Positions 47,501-58,400 of a stretch of 64,000 bases of DNA are shown here, in pieces; within the stretch, counting starts at the first letter, position 1; each line of letters starts with the position of its first letter. A model generated the notes under the pieces. It made no database searches, was not told the DNA's origin, and saw only the letters and a program-made list of their open reading frames with translations. This DNA is from a virus. Lineage: Duplodnaviria > Heunggongvirae > Uroviricota > Caudoviricetes. The stretch lies in the IMG/VR virus record IMGVR_UViG_3300014043_000277, one strand, 5' to 3'. Position numbers and translations under genes: made by a program.

Positions 47501-50124
47501 TAACCTTTAGAATCCAGTTTTTCAGATGGCGTTCCTGTTGCCGAGCATAGTTTTTCATTCGGTGATGCTGATTGCAATATGACTGCCGCGAAAGCTTTTT
47601 CGACTGCTGTCGGATATTCGTCAATCAGTTTGAATGTCGCTGATGGATTCTGCAATAATACAACGCCGATAATAGCGGACAGGCATACGAGAAGAACCTG
47701 TTTGATTCCTTCCCTTGAACGTCCGGCAATGTATTTGAACAGGACATACATCACACCGAGAACAATGAAAATCTGCAAGCATTGCATGTACATTGAATCA
47801 CGTAAAGTTTCAATTGTACCAACGACAATATCCTTAATACCGAGGGATTCCAATAATGGCGTGAATGACAGATTAACCATGAAATTGATTCCCATGGCGA
47901 CTTTCTGTGAAATTGAAAGGAACGCACCGGCGAACCGTTCAGGGTTCAAATGCAGAATGTCAAGAATTGAAATACCTTTAACCGCAGCACGGCGAGTATC
48001 GCGATGACTGTTAATCTGCTGTGTGGTTCCAGCCTGACCATTCAATGCCCCCACTATTGGTTGACGCATTTTGCCTTTCGCACAATCATTCGGTGTAGCA
48101 TTGCCGTTCTCATCAATGCTGAACGCAGCCTGACCCGGCCATTGCAAACCTGCTTCCAATGCAAGATCAACAGAGTCATTACCGGTGGTGTTGTTCGCTG
48201 AACTCATTCCGATGTTTGGACCGCCTTTACCATCAGTGCAGAAAAACATGATCGCATTGTTCGCAAGTTTCTTCTGGACTTCCTGACGGATCTCATCTTC
48301 ATTTGCACCATTGAACAAATCCTCTATGACTTTCTGGATTGCGTTGGTGTTAGCGTTCTGCTGTTTTTGCTCCTCATCCTGAACCCATTGTGTTTTACGG
48401 GTATTCCAATCAGATGACAGTTTCTCATATGCTTTATCCAATGGCGAGCGTGTTTCATCGCCTGCATCAGAACTGCCATCATTACCATTATTGTTATTGG
48501 AATTTGCGGTTTTGAAAAACGCATCATAATCAGATGTTTTTATATTAAGGTTTTCCTCACCCCAGTCGAACTTATCCTGATTCTTCTTAATCCATTCATC
48601 CCATGCTTTCTTATATAAAGCCATTTTCTCCTCATCTGATTTATCTTTCAAATCAGAACCAGATGGCGCTTTCGGGCTATTATTCGGGAGTTCTGCTTGT
48701 TTTTCAATGGCATCAGTGTCAACATCATGTTTACCTGCTTCCTCTGACACTTTATCCGCTGCTATTTTCATTGTAAGATAGCGATAAATAGCGGATTGTT
48801 CGGAATCTGACAACACACGGACATTATAAGATGAATCACGATAAAAATCGTTCCTATTCCAGCTGTTCTCCTGAATGACACCATGCTCATAACCATTCAT
48901 GACGCCATTTATAAAGAAATATAATGTTCCAGTTATAGAGCTTTTAATAACCTTGAACGGCCATGATAGTATCGCCCCTGCAAGTTTCAGAAGATTACCG
49001 GAATTCCATGCATCAACAACATCCTGATTAGCGCCCGAAACAGCATTGCTGAAAGCACTTTTAGCGGCTGCGACAAGCGTTGAGAATATTTTCATGTTCG
49101 CTGACAAACGAGCCTCAGTGGGAACGTCAATTTTATCCCATTCACCCTTATATGTTGTCCATTTCAGATTATAACCGAAAATTTCCAAACCAGTATACTT
49201 ATTTGAACCTCGATTACCTGCAATCGGAACTTTTGTTTCACCATTGGAATCAGTTGGAATCAAACCAATCGGCAACCCGATATTGAATGGTGAACGCCCT
49301 GAAATCTTATTACCGTTCTGAATGCCGGTGTCAAAAACAGTGTAAACAATATCCTGATAAGCCTGAGTAACAATACCGGGAACATCACAGTTAGTGTTAT
49401 CATATGCGGACGCTGAATCCAATCCTGAACAGGTATGATTACCCATCTGCCATTTTAAAGCGGCAGTACGGTCATCGGAATCAGAATTCGGAATATCATT
49501 ATTAATATAATATGATGGATTAATGGTTCGTGAAATAATCATGCTCCATGTGTCGAAAACGCTTGTTTCGGCAAACGTGGACTGGCAATCACCGGTTTTC
49601 TTATCGCATTTGTCATAACCATATTTTGATTTCTTGTATGAACTGTAATCGCCATCAGTTATGGTGCCGGTGAGATTATTGTAATTCCATTCCGAATCAC
49701 CGGTTTTCTTCTTCTTGCCATCCTTATCAGTGCCGGAATCAGACAGATTATCATTATCATTATCATCACCGGTTGTTGTAGCATCAACATCCTTATTTTT
49801 CAACCAGCATATCTGGCGGGCGTCATTATCGCCAGTGTCATTCGTGTCCTTGCCGTTATTGCCGGGGCATCCTGAATATTCGCTTTCATCAGAACCCGGA
49901 AAATCAGTTCCATCATCATCCGCTTTCGCCATTATAACATTCGCAAGACTGGATAATGATGACGTGTCCTTGCCATCATTATCCTCATTAGCGGAAATGA
50001 CCGGAATAGCAGTGAAAACAATACCTGCGACCATGAGCGTGATTATCAGCATGCTCATAATCCGATGACTGACCGGCATTCCGTTGTTCACCTTGCCGGT
50101 CATGTATTTCGTGTTTGACGCCAT
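44521..50124 (-). CDS. Giant VirB6/TrbL-like protein (paralog 2, 1867 aa)
   Basis: Large extracellular N-domain, TM clusters, SVECNIWDAYVLEPWSLGQFG, long helical cytoplasmic tail; TGATG overlap with paralog 1. Confidence 0.7.
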   Translation of the reverse strand: MASNTKYMTGKVNNGMPVSHRIMSMLIITLMVAGIVFTAIPVISANEDNDGKDTSSLSSLANVIMAKADDDGTDFPGSDESEYSGCPGNNGKDTNDTGDNDARQICWLKNKDVDATTTGDDNDNDNLSDSGTDKDGKKKKTGDSEWNYNNLTGTITDGDYSSYKKSKYGYDKCDKKTGDCQSTFAETSVFDTWSMIISRTINPSYYINNDIPNSDSDDRTAALKWQMGNHTCSGLDSASAYDNTNCDVPGIVTQAYQDIVYTVFDTGIQNGNKISGRSPFNIGLPIGLIPTDSNGETKVPIAGNRGSNKYTGLEIFGYNLKWTTYKGEWDKIDVPTEARLSANMKIFSTLVAAAKSAFSNAVSGANQDVVDAWNSGNLLKLAGAILSWPFKVIKSSITGTLYFFINGVMNGYEHGVIQENSWNRNDFYRDSSYNVRVLSDSEQSAIYRYLTMKIAADKVSEEAGKHDVDTDAIEKQAELPNNSPKAPSGSDLKDKSDEEKMALYKKAWDEWIKKNQDKFDWGEENLNIKTSDYDAFFKTANSNNNNGNDGSSDAGDETRSPLDKAYEKLSSDWNTRKTQWVQDEEQKQQNANTNAIQKVIEDLFNGANEDEIRQEVQKKLANNAIMFFCTDGKGGPNIGMSSANNTTGNDSVDLALEAGLQWPGQAAFSIDENGNATPNDCAKGKMRQPIVGALNGQAGTTQQINSHRDTRRAAVKGISILDILHLNPERFAGAFLSISQKVAMGINFMVNLSFTPLLESLGIKDIVVGTIETLRDSMYMQCLQIFIVLGVMYVLFKYIAGRSREGIKQVLLVCLSAIIGVVLLQNPSATFKLIDEYPTAVEKAFAAVILQSASPNEKLCSATGTPSEKLDSKGYESPDGSQKFDPNSIVRSVECNIWDAYVLEPWSLGQFGVSTTKLYAEGYAPYDGKTSYGTMDADDATNTLVGNAAVDMGGGTTINNWALYQLSQQISGTSTTDDSTQTMLATDSDMYRLVDLQAGPDNATGKDTSHWNWWIGGGNRFGVGLLALLSSLGGIMSIGMFALAKIEATFMMALLLAMAPVMLLIGIIPGAGRIKMRSWAFKILGLAFKRIILISLLSVQIIILIQVAATNTDDAVANMIVMACLSILFAMYGKEIIKMFTAPIDEQTGAFNDMDDRIKNQLNNSRAMITLRGMQRGLTQGAGSLVGSVIAGGFERNDARSVFNRWDSAQRDKAAEIRDKELSDINKKRKQIMDSYNHGSISGNAYQKAQQELNEQEADVQKNYRANIDAIKNQGEKFDTDFNVRASILNDPAYRAHNEGTQQIKNTLGRARMEIEQQNRKAGNNFLTGQVIQTGKDEKAAMIQHAYDNIMVNNPDIARSLLGNNYEDAAKLMKGVDLREINDMLNISDADNVHMTQEQMEQLGATYRIGPDGRPVLMLPDELQRKFRETALNGVKDADAGTAAFTANVHLTTPQQIVFNNEEERQAAAQGTIANPSNEELHAGTRLREHFANQDVAYHKLDAVNKIAAKYIPADAAALQQLRDELNAHFNNSADRATIASISDDILNNPFNDDSIDAAHAGNYQAMKDAFKRKYDSEIQNINANAMISKDEQAKRKAQARADYERNVSSLVGGASENRVLQQATLIADAKLAMNLDKLDEAMKDTEFSDRIRGIYIDNDGTLHVEAVAKGHSKADQAQVIADFEKDNKELLAAAQQNANDLIEMAASCGVQSSRFAIRRDANDDEYIRDDKGKAKQSARNNRLLQSSSKYSGKSDNKNHGSLSDILRQNQKDGDKIQSQVDNETRRRIGYDSASVKDSTIIGNADRSAHHVQPSEFGSESSNLPKFHETSAPAEPSMDFKKDYNTREHEKAAERRKNKATRKRKDD

Positions 50125-50190
50125 TATTCCTCCCCGGCTGAACCAAATGAAAATACTATTTCATTATCTATCAGAACGCTATTACCGCGC

Positions 50191-50772
50191 TCATCCTTCA
50201 TTCATAGCCATGAGAACGCCGGTGCATTCATCAGGAACAGAATTGCAAATATGACAACTATATGAATAACGCTGTGATTGTTGCTTCCAGAATTCCGGGA
50301 AATAAGCGACTTTCTTAAAACCGAGATCATACAGGAACCGTTCGCTTCCAATTGTCGGCATGTTCGGATAATCATCATATTCCTTAGTTGCGGGTTCACG
50401 CATGAGCAACTCAATTCGATTAACACCGACTGCACTCATTGCCTTCAACACATGAAAAGTGATTATCGCTCCATATGAACGATTCCTGTATTCAGGCAGG
50501 ACGCAGAGCATGTCAATGATTCCGACACGATACTTGAAATTACCATTAGTCAATTCTTCAAAATGATATAATGCGAAACCGACTGACACTCCATCAACTA
50601 TTTTCCACATAAGACTGAATGGCGTGTCATCATCATCACGCGAACGCCATACAGCCTCCAATGCGCCTTCTCCAACGGCGGCGGCTGCAATATCCTTAAT
50701 GTCCTGTGGTATTAACTCATAAGTAAGGCGTCCATGACGCGCTTTCGGATTATTATTCGGTTTCAATCTCAT
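50191..50772 (-). CDS. GNAT acetyltransferase with C-terminal Cys cluster
   Basis: IIDMLCVLPEYRNRSYGA motif A, FLYDLGF, CHICNSVPDEC. Confidence 0.8.
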   Translation of the reverse strand: MRLKPNNNPKARHGRLTYELIPQDIKDIAAAAVGEGALEAVWRSRDDDDTPFSLMWKIVDGVSVGFALYHFEELTNGNFKYRVGIIDMLCVLPEYRNRSYGAIITFHVLKAMSAVGVNRIELLMREPATKEYDDYPNMPTIGSERFLYDLGFKKVAYFPEFWKQQSQRYSYSCHICNSVPDECTGVLMAMNEG

Positions 50773-50784
50773 GACATGATAATA

Positions 50785-51075
50785 TCATTCCAAATCCTTA
50801 ATCGCTTTCGTTATCTTATTATTAACAAGAACGCTTAAACGATAACCACCATTAGTGATTCCATAATGACCATGAACCTGATCCCAGTATTTACGAGGCT
50901 GTTTCTCATACACTCTGAATGTAATAAGATCAGGAATCATGAATTCACCTGTATCCAGAATGTCATCAAACGCAACCTCCGATAAAGCCGTCAGAACACG
51001 TTCAATCTCACGCTTAGGATAACCGGTTTTCTCCTTGATTTTACCAGCGAGTTTATTTTTAGTGCTCTGAGTCAT
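50785..51075 (-). CDS. HU/IHF-like nucleoid-associated protein
   Basis: 96 aa; LAGKIKEKTGYPKREIERVL helices, IPDLITFRV strand, QPRKYWD arm. Confidence 0.7.
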   Translation of the reverse strand: MTQSTKNKLAGKIKEKTGYPKREIERVLTALSEVAFDDILDTGEFMIPDLITFRVYEKQPRKYWDQVHGHYGITNGGYRLSVLVNNKITKAIKDLE

Positions 51076-51515
51076 AATAATCCCTTTCCGACGACGCCAG
51101 CAGCTGAATATGACAATGCAACCCATGCGTAATCACGACACAGTTTCTCGCAATCATGAACTATCGCATCCAATGTATCACCATGTTTATCAGGAATCAG
51201 CCCGCCATTCTTGCCTTTACGGATTTCCAATGAGAACAAATTACTATTCTCATTACTATCATCCCAGTCGCTATCCTTGCCCACAGTGAAAACAATGCTG
51301 CCAGTAAGCATGTCAAACGACGCTTTATAATCATATTGGAAACGTGCTTCGACCTGTTCTTTCATGGCCAGCATGACTGCTTTACGAATGTTCGCATCGC
51401 AATCATTCACGGAACCACCCCAGCGTCTCAGCGCATCATTGAAAATCTTATCCGCAGTGTTATTATCAGGGAACACTTTCTTCATATTCAATTTCGCTTT
51501 AATGGTGTTATCCAT
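51072..51515 (-). CDS. Hypothetical protein
   Basis: Start MDNTIK chosen from the SD aggaaagg; stop overlaps the HU-like start. Confidence 0.55.
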   Translation of the reverse strand: MDNTIKAKLNMKKVFPDNNTADKIFNDALRRWGGSVNDCDANIRKAVMLAMKEQVEARFQYDYKASFDMLTGSIVFTVGKDSDWDDSNENSNLFSLEIRKGKNGGLIPDKHGDTLDAIVHDCEKLCRDYAWVALSYSAAGVVGKGLL

Positions 51516-51585
51516 TCTTTCCTTTCCTGCTGGACGTATCATGTTTCCAGCTGTGTTCATGATATCAATGCGTTCATAATGTGAA

Positions 51586-54500
51586 TTATTTTGAACTATT
51601 GGATGATTCGGAATCCCATGCCGGATTATGGAAGAACCAGTAATTTGAGCCTTGTTTGCCACCAGCCGCCTCAATTTGCGCTTTTGTCATGGTTCTGCCG
51701 CCATTATAGCCTTCCCAGCATCCTGATGACGCGCAATTGTAATTACCTTCTGAGACAGTGATTTTCCAGCCTGATGGATCATCCTCTACTTTTTCAATGA
51801 CCATGACATGTCCTGTTGGACTGCCGGATGAACCTAATAATCCATAATATGATAAACCATCGCCAACGGCTGGCTTATCAGGATTAGTCCATCCATGCGC
51901 AGTCGCGTTCTGACCTATTTGACCACCGTTACCCATATATGACCAGTCCTTATTCCCATGCAGCATGTAAAGACGAGTCCATGCATACCATACGCACTGA
52001 TAACGAAATGGCGCTGCGATCGGACCATAATCACCTGATTTGCATACTTTCACTGGCGTGTCACATAACCAGCTGTAATCGCCTTTACCGACCTTGAAAT
52101 CAGTGTTCGCACCTGTATTATTCTTAGACATCATGCATTGGACTGATGAATCTGCGTTTTTTGTTGTTGACGGATTGGATGAATCCGTTCCATCGCCGCC
52201 TTCCGCGAGTTTATCCGGTTGAGCCTCAATGCTTTCACAATTAAACTGATCACAAGCCTGTTTAGCCCATGCTACAATCTGATCGACTTTTGACTGCCCG
52301 TCTGAAAGAGAGACGCCCTCATAGAATTGAGACCAATCTTTCGCGGCTTGGCCTGGGTCTGATGCGGCACCAACTGTCGTTTTTGCTTGATGATATGAAC
52401 CGTTTAATTCAAAACCAACAAGCTTTAATTCGTTTTCCATTGTTAACGTGGAATCATCGCCTGCTTTAATGGAACCTTCCGATGTTATACGATTACCATT
52501 CACGCTATTGGAATAGCCTGACCATTGGAAAATACCTGCGACGCCACCGCCTGTGTTTTTCGCTTTCGGGTCAAAACCAGATTCACGCATTGCAACAGCA
52601 AGTGCTCCGGCAGCACCAGCGCCGCTGAATCCCATTTCCTTCGTAAGATATTCAAAAATCTGTTTGGCATTCTCGCCGCTGAAATCACCTGCCGCGCCAG
52701 ATGACGTTCCTGTGTCACTTGTTGAATTGCCCGGCGCGCGCAGAACATATGACATGTCCGATGGAATGTCATTTGATGTTGCAATTTCATCGCCTTTCTG
52801 ATCGCCAGCCTGCGGCCCAGTGATGCCACCATTCTCATCATGATGAGCACCAGTGAATTTACCATCACCGGAATAAATTTCCGTATGATGATCGCTCCAC
52901 ACGATATCACCGCGTTTCAGAACGCTTGTATCATGACCATCCCATGAGATTTTCTGGAAACCAGCAGCCTGCAAAACACCGCCTTCCGCGCCGGCCTGAT
53001 CAATATTGCTTCCAGTTGCGAAAGGATAATTAATGCTTAATTGTATACCAGCGCCTTTCGTCACGGCAAAATACACTAATGATGAACAATCATAATCAGG
53101 ATTACCTTGACGATTCGGCTGTGAATAACCATGTGAATCATCCGCTGCTATTTTCTCAGCCCAGGACGCAATGGCTTCATTGCCGCCACCGGAACCATCC
53201 TTGCTTGGACATAAAATACCACCATTGCCATAAGTATACAGGCATGTTGCGATAATCATTGATATTACAACAATGACAGTAATTATCCATGTTACAGGAC
53301 TTGTTACGACAGATGCGATGCTCTTAGCCAAGTTCACAATCCTGTTCGCGAGCTGTTGAGCGCTGCGAATGGCGTTCTGAGCAATCCTGTTCGCGCCACC
53401 GAGCGCTTTCGCCGCAGCGTTGGAACCACCATGTTTCCATGCCCAGTTACCGACATTGCTTCCAAGTTTGCCAATGGATGATTTACCCGGACCGAACAGA
53501 TTACCATCACCGTTCTTCTGCATGCGTCCATTGATGGCATTGGCGACATTTGACAAACCATTGTTAACACCATCGCTTGCTTTCGCCGCAGCGTTGTTAA
53601 TCGCGGCATGAGCATCAGGTTTCGCATCAGCAAAACCAGTGTCAATATGCTTCTGGCCATTCCTATCCTCAGTCCATCCATTCTCATCAGGCTCCGGTTC
53701 ATCCATGAACTCATCAGTTGATGGCGTGTCCAAATCGCCATCAACCATGCCATCATCATAATCCGCAGGATTCTCACTATCGGATGGTATTCCAGTCTGT
53801 CCACTGTCATCTGTTGGCATGTCCGCATTGTCATCGGAATCATTCCCATCAGGAACCTGCATTGGCGTTTCGTCGGCGGATGGAGTGGATGATGAATCAG
53901 GATTATTAGCCTGCTGGTTCTGATTAATCACTGGCGAATCATCATTATTAGTGGTTGCATTGGATTCATTGTTCGCATTAGTGTTCGTACCATCCCGCTG
54001 CGGTTTATGCGGTAAACGGGTTTGCGCCGGTTGTTCCTGACCCTGAGCGGTGGCGGGAACGGCTGTTGCAGCAGCGGCAGAGGATGGCTTATGCGGTAAT
54101 GGTTTGCGCACGGCAGCGGCAGCTGCTCTTTCCTTAGATGTTTTAGGAAGAACCGTCTTTTTACCTGTTTTCGCTGAGGAACCTACATTATTAAGATACT
54201 TGGCATATTGTTCCTTATACACTGAGGGCAGATTGGACGCATCAACCATTTTTGATAAACGCGCTTTTTCATCAGGCAATGCTTCTCCTGCTGGCATGTC
54301 ATTAATCATGCCAGCATATGCTTTCATGTTGTCATTTAATTCACTTATCTGCTCATCGTTGGTTTTACCCTGGAATTCAACAAGAAAATCCCGTTCAATA
54401 TTCGCCATGTAAGCATCTGTTTCAGATGATGGCGTTTCAGTGCCGTCAGTTCCATCATCGGAATCAGCAGGAATGAAATCATCAGGATTGAAATCAGTAT

Positions 54501-54723
54501 TATCCAGTTCACCGAAATCAATGTCATCAAGATTAAAAGATTCAGCCTGAGCGTCAACGTTATCCGCAAGCTGATTGAATCCGGAAACATCAGGCATGGG
54601 CGGATTTACAGGCATGCTGGAATTAGCGGATTGAATGGTTTCATTCACTGCTTGCAGCTTCTCTGCTTTCGCCTGTTCATCAATTCGTTTAGCTTCCGCA
54701 TCCGGATTCATATTCTTATCCAT
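51586..54723 (-). CDS. Conjugative cell-wall hydrolase (VirB1-like): low-complexity N-region, TM, NlpC/P60-like amidase, phage-tail-lysozyme domain, CHAP
   Basis: YDCSSLV...HHTEIY; FEYLTKEMGFSGAGAAG...RESGFDP...GIFQWS; YQCVWYAW...GHVMVIE...SEGN. Confidence 0.85.
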   Translation of the reverse strand: MDKNMNPDAEAKRIDEQAKAEKLQAVNETIQSANSSMPVNPPMPDVSGFNQLADNVDAQAESFNLDDIDFGELDNTDFNPDDFIPADSDDGTDGTETPSSETDAYMANIERDFLVEFQGKTNDEQISELNDNMKAYAGMINDMPAGEALPDEKARLSKMVDASNLPSVYKEQYAKYLNNVGSSAKTGKKTVLPKTSKERAAAAAVRKPLPHKPSSAAAATAVPATAQGQEQPAQTRLPHKPQRDGTNTNANNESNATTNNDDSPVINQNQQANNPDSSSTPSADETPMQVPDGNDSDDNADMPTDDSGQTGIPSDSENPADYDDGMVDGDLDTPSTDEFMDEPEPDENGWTEDRNGQKHIDTGFADAKPDAHAAINNAAAKASDGVNNGLSNVANAINGRMQKNGDGNLFGPGKSSIGKLGSNVGNWAWKHGGSNAAAKALGGANRIAQNAIRSAQQLANRIVNLAKSIASVVTSPVTWIITVIVVISMIIATCLYTYGNGGILCPSKDGSGGGNEAIASWAEKIAADDSHGYSQPNRQGNPDYDCSSLVYFAVTKGAGIQLSINYPFATGSNIDQAGAEGGVLQAAGFQKISWDGHDTSVLKRGDIVWSDHHTEIYSGDGKFTGAHHDENGGITGPQAGDQKGDEIATSNDIPSDMSYVLRAPGNSTSDTGTSSGAAGDFSGENAKQIFEYLTKEMGFSGAGAAGALAVAMRESGFDPKAKNTGGGVAGIFQWSGYSNSVNGNRITSEGSIKAGDDSTLTMENELKLVGFELNGSYHQAKTTVGAASDPGQAAKDWSQFYEGVSLSDGQSKVDQIVAWAKQACDQFNCESIEAQPDKLAEGGDGTDSSNPSTTKNADSSVQCMMSKNNTGANTDFKVGKGDYSWLCDTPVKVCKSGDYGPIAAPFRYQCVWYAWTRLYMLHGNKDWSYMGNGGQIGQNATAHGWTNPDKPAVGDGLSYYGLLGSSGSPTGHVMVIEKVEDDPSGWKITVSEGNYNCASSGCWEGYNGGRTMTKAQIEAAGGKQGSNYWFFHNPAWDSESSNSSK

Positions 54724-54728
54724 GTTAA

Positions 54729-55457
54729 TCAGATGACCTCCATTATGTCCGCTATTCTATCCCCGGCATCACGAACCGTATACATGTATTCAGTTCTCAT
54801 CGTATTCACCATCACTGTCGGAAGACGATTCTCCAGAATCGCATTTGATGGAATACGTTCACGGAAATTACCCGTGCCGCCATACATTGATGTTCCCAGC
54901 ATTATGCTTTGATCCAACGCGAACCTACGAATGTTTAAATTGAATGGTTGTCCATTCGCTGATTTATCAATGAATGGAATGACTTTCCTGCGAATTGTTT
55001 CAGGTTCCGCATGTTTGTCGAATCCTCCCAATAGCGAAACTGAATCACCGCTTTTCCATAATGCCACCCATGCGCCATCATCATTGGAAAGTACGCTCAT
55101 CGCAATATAGCCAGTTCCAAGACTGACCTCAATGAGAACATATGATGACAATTCAGTGATTATCATTCCGAGCTGATAACCCATGAGCGAAACAAGCCTG
55201 TCATTCGCATTGAATTCATGCAAGCCAATGGAATCATCAAATCGTGTTTCCAATACGTTATCAGCCATGAGAGCAGCATAACCACCCATGAGGAAATTCC
55301 GGTCCTGTAAACGGGAAGGCAATAATTCCAATGAATTCAATACTGCATTGCGAACAATGTCATCAGGCGCGAAATAATCAACCAGAGCATAGAATTCATC
55401 AACTCCCATACTCATGTTGACAGCTCCTGTTTCCATCATTTTCTTTTCAATGAACAT
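54729..55457 (-). CDS. Hypothetical protein
   Basis: 242-aa ORF coupled (TAATG) to the upstream VirB6-like gene and 5 nt from the hydrolase. Confidence 0.65.
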   Translation of the reverse strand: MFIEKKMMETGAVNMSMGVDEFYALVDYFAPDDIVRNAVLNSLELLPSRLQDRNFLMGGYAALMADNVLETRFDDSIGLHEFNANDRLVSLMGYQLGMIITELSSYVLIEVSLGTGYIAMSVLSNDDGAWVALWKSGDSVSLLGGFDKHAEPETIRRKVIPFIDKSANGQPFNLNIRRFALDQSIMLGTSMYGGTGNFRERIPSNAILENRLPTVMVNTMRTEYMYTVRDAGDRIADIMEVI

Positions 55458-58400
55458 TACTTCCTATCCTTCCTGCTATTACGGAAATAATCCGATGACA
55501 ATCTGCGTGCATGACGGCCTGATTTAGCGTCCTCACGACTTATTGTCCCTTTTCCGAAATTGTCAATTTTGCTTTGCAATTCATCACTGTTAATTCCGCT
55601 GCGTTCCATTGCCGCTTGCACAACCGGGGAATCCAAACCTTCACCATTACGCAAAGCGGTTTGAACAGCATAAACATCCTTAGCATAATCAGCAGCTGCC
55701 TGACCCTGCATACCTGCGCCTGATGGATTCACGATGTAATCAGCGATGGCATTCGCCTCATTGGCACCGCTTATCTGATCACGTTGATGTTGTTTCAATG
55801 CTTCCATGTGCGCGACTTGATCAGCCATTTCCTGCTGTCGTGCAGCCGCTTTCTCGGCATCACGCTCAGCGAATGTCCTGACATGCGGTTTCGGACGTTC
55901 ACGGCGAGAACGTCGAGATTCCTGCTTGCTTTCGTTTGCGGCGGGACGCTGCTCCTGCGTGCGCGCAGGTTCCTGCTGTGAATGCGTTTCAAATGGATTA
56001 TTCTGAGCAGAAGATGTTGTCTGTGTCACTGGACGCTGACTTGATTCAGGTTTCCTGCTGGCGGATGGTTTCTGCCGGGATGAACCAGTCGGTCTTGTTC
56101 CGCCGAATGCCTGCGCGGTTGTATCCATGTTGCGTTCATATCTGCGTTCATTGCCAGTCGTGATATAATGCGCGGCCTCGGCAACACCATGAGCAGCGGC
56201 GCTGACTGCGGCTGCTCCATCAAGAGCAGCTTCTCCGACGCGCGTGCTGCCAAATGAATCCATGACATCATTCGTCTTATTGATTACAACATCAGCTGCG
56301 GCTTTCGCAGTGAATTGAGCCGCATCCGCGACGCGGCGTGGAGCATCAGCGACACTCTGAGCGGTTTGTTTCACGGATTCCTTCGTATCATGGATTGCCT
56401 GCCGCGCATCAGTTCGATAACCACCGGCATCACGATATTGCTGAGCCTGAGTCAAATCCATTTGCGCTTGTTGAGCGGCAGCACGATAAGCAGCGGCTGC
56501 ATCCATGTCGCCATTCGCTGCTGCGGATGCGGCAGACCAGTTAGCGTTATCCAATCGTTCCTGCGCCTCATGGATATCCAGGTTCGCCTGATGGTTGCCC
56601 ATTACTGTTGCGGCACCATCAGCAGCGGCGGACGCGGCACGGGACGCCACTTGTCCACCGACTTCCACTGCGCGTGATGCGACACCGGCACCGGCATTAC
56701 CGACATTCTTCAATGTATCCATGCGTGCAGCGCCGTCAGTGATTGATGTAGGAACAGCAACACCGGATAGCCCCTTGCTTTCCAGATCCTGTTTCAAACC
56801 ATTCAGACGTTCAATTTCTGAATGCGACCACATAGCACCTGATGAACGAGAAGTTACCGAATCGGCAATATTGCGAATCTGATCAGCTTTCGCGTGCAAT
56901 TGTTCAGCGTTAGCATGGGCCTCATTATAAGCGGCTTTCAAACCTAGAGCTGAACGGCTGGATACACGTTTGGCTTCAATGCCGTCAATCTTGCTTTGCA
57001 AGCCCTGCGCGCGCTGCTTGGCAAGCGCGAACGCGCGATCACGTCCAGTGTTGCCATTCTCATCCTTTCCTTCAGCAGCTATTTTAGCTATGTCAGTTCC
57101 ATCAAACTCACCTGATGCAAGAGCCTGTTCAAACTGATCACGCACATAATCATCACGATTATTATACTGCTGGTATTCAGCGTGATTATCAACGGCGTTC
57201 TTATCGTTAATCGCCGCGTTCAATGCATTATACTTCTTCTCGTCGCCTTCATTAGCGAATTGCCATTCATAATGAGTACCGTCTTCCGACAACTTGCGGA
57301 TGCCCTGAGATTGCAATTCATTAAACGCTTGCTGGTTCGCCCTGAAAGCATATTCCATTGCCATGTGGTCATTCTTGTCTTTCGCGGAATACGTTCCAGT
57401 CGCGGCATCGAATTTAACCTTATCTGCCCCGCCATTAGCATACCAATCAGCGAACTTCTGATCATCCTCCATTGCTTGTTGACGTTCAGCGTTATTAATG
57501 GTATCCATTGCCATTGAACCGGCAGCATCCTCATCGCGAGCGGCCTGAACCTGCTGAGCCGCAATGTTGTCAATGTCAACACCATTAAGGTTGTCATAAT
57601 CCAATATCTGTCCGTTCTCATCAACAAGACCCTGCTGAGCCGCACCATTGAAATCATTGAATGCGGCCTGCTCAGCGGCGCGCGCATCAGCATCTTGACG
57701 TTCAGTTTCCTCCTTCAATCGTTCGGCTTTCTTAATGGCATCATTACGGCGTTTATCATAAATTCTATCAGCTGACTGGAATGCATTGCCGACAAAACCG
57801 CCTTTCCTCTTGCCTTCCTGCATGAACTGATACTTGCCCATATCAGAAGCAGAACGCAGACGATCACCGAGCGAACCACCACCCGCCATGAAACCGGCGA
57901 GCGCACCGGCACCGGCAGCGCCTTTCAAATCATCAGCCGTCCGCATCGCTTTCTTCCATTTTTCACCGAGCGCATTGGATAATTTCTTGCCCCCAAGATC
58001 GACATTACCGAAAATTTCAATGAGTTCGGGCTGGTATGTTTTCAATGTGACCGTCATTGCAATCACGAACACAAGAATCAAACCGGCGTTTGACGTGGAA
58101 CCGAGAATGGCTCCGTAAATTTCCACCACCATGCTTATCCACATGATGATAAAGAAATATTTAAGGATTGTTCCGATTTCCAGTTCAAGCCATCCGAGGA
58201 AAATCTTCTTGCCTGTTGTCGGATGAATTCCCACAAGCATGAAAATCGGCGCGAATACTGTCAAGATTGTTCCCATGAACAAATAACCGATTGCCTGCAC
58301 TGCAGCGCCCGGATTTTCAAATGAGAAACCGACGATAATCATGAAAAAGCAGAAACTTGCAATAATGGATACAAGCGCAAGGGAAGCACGGGTGAAGCCT

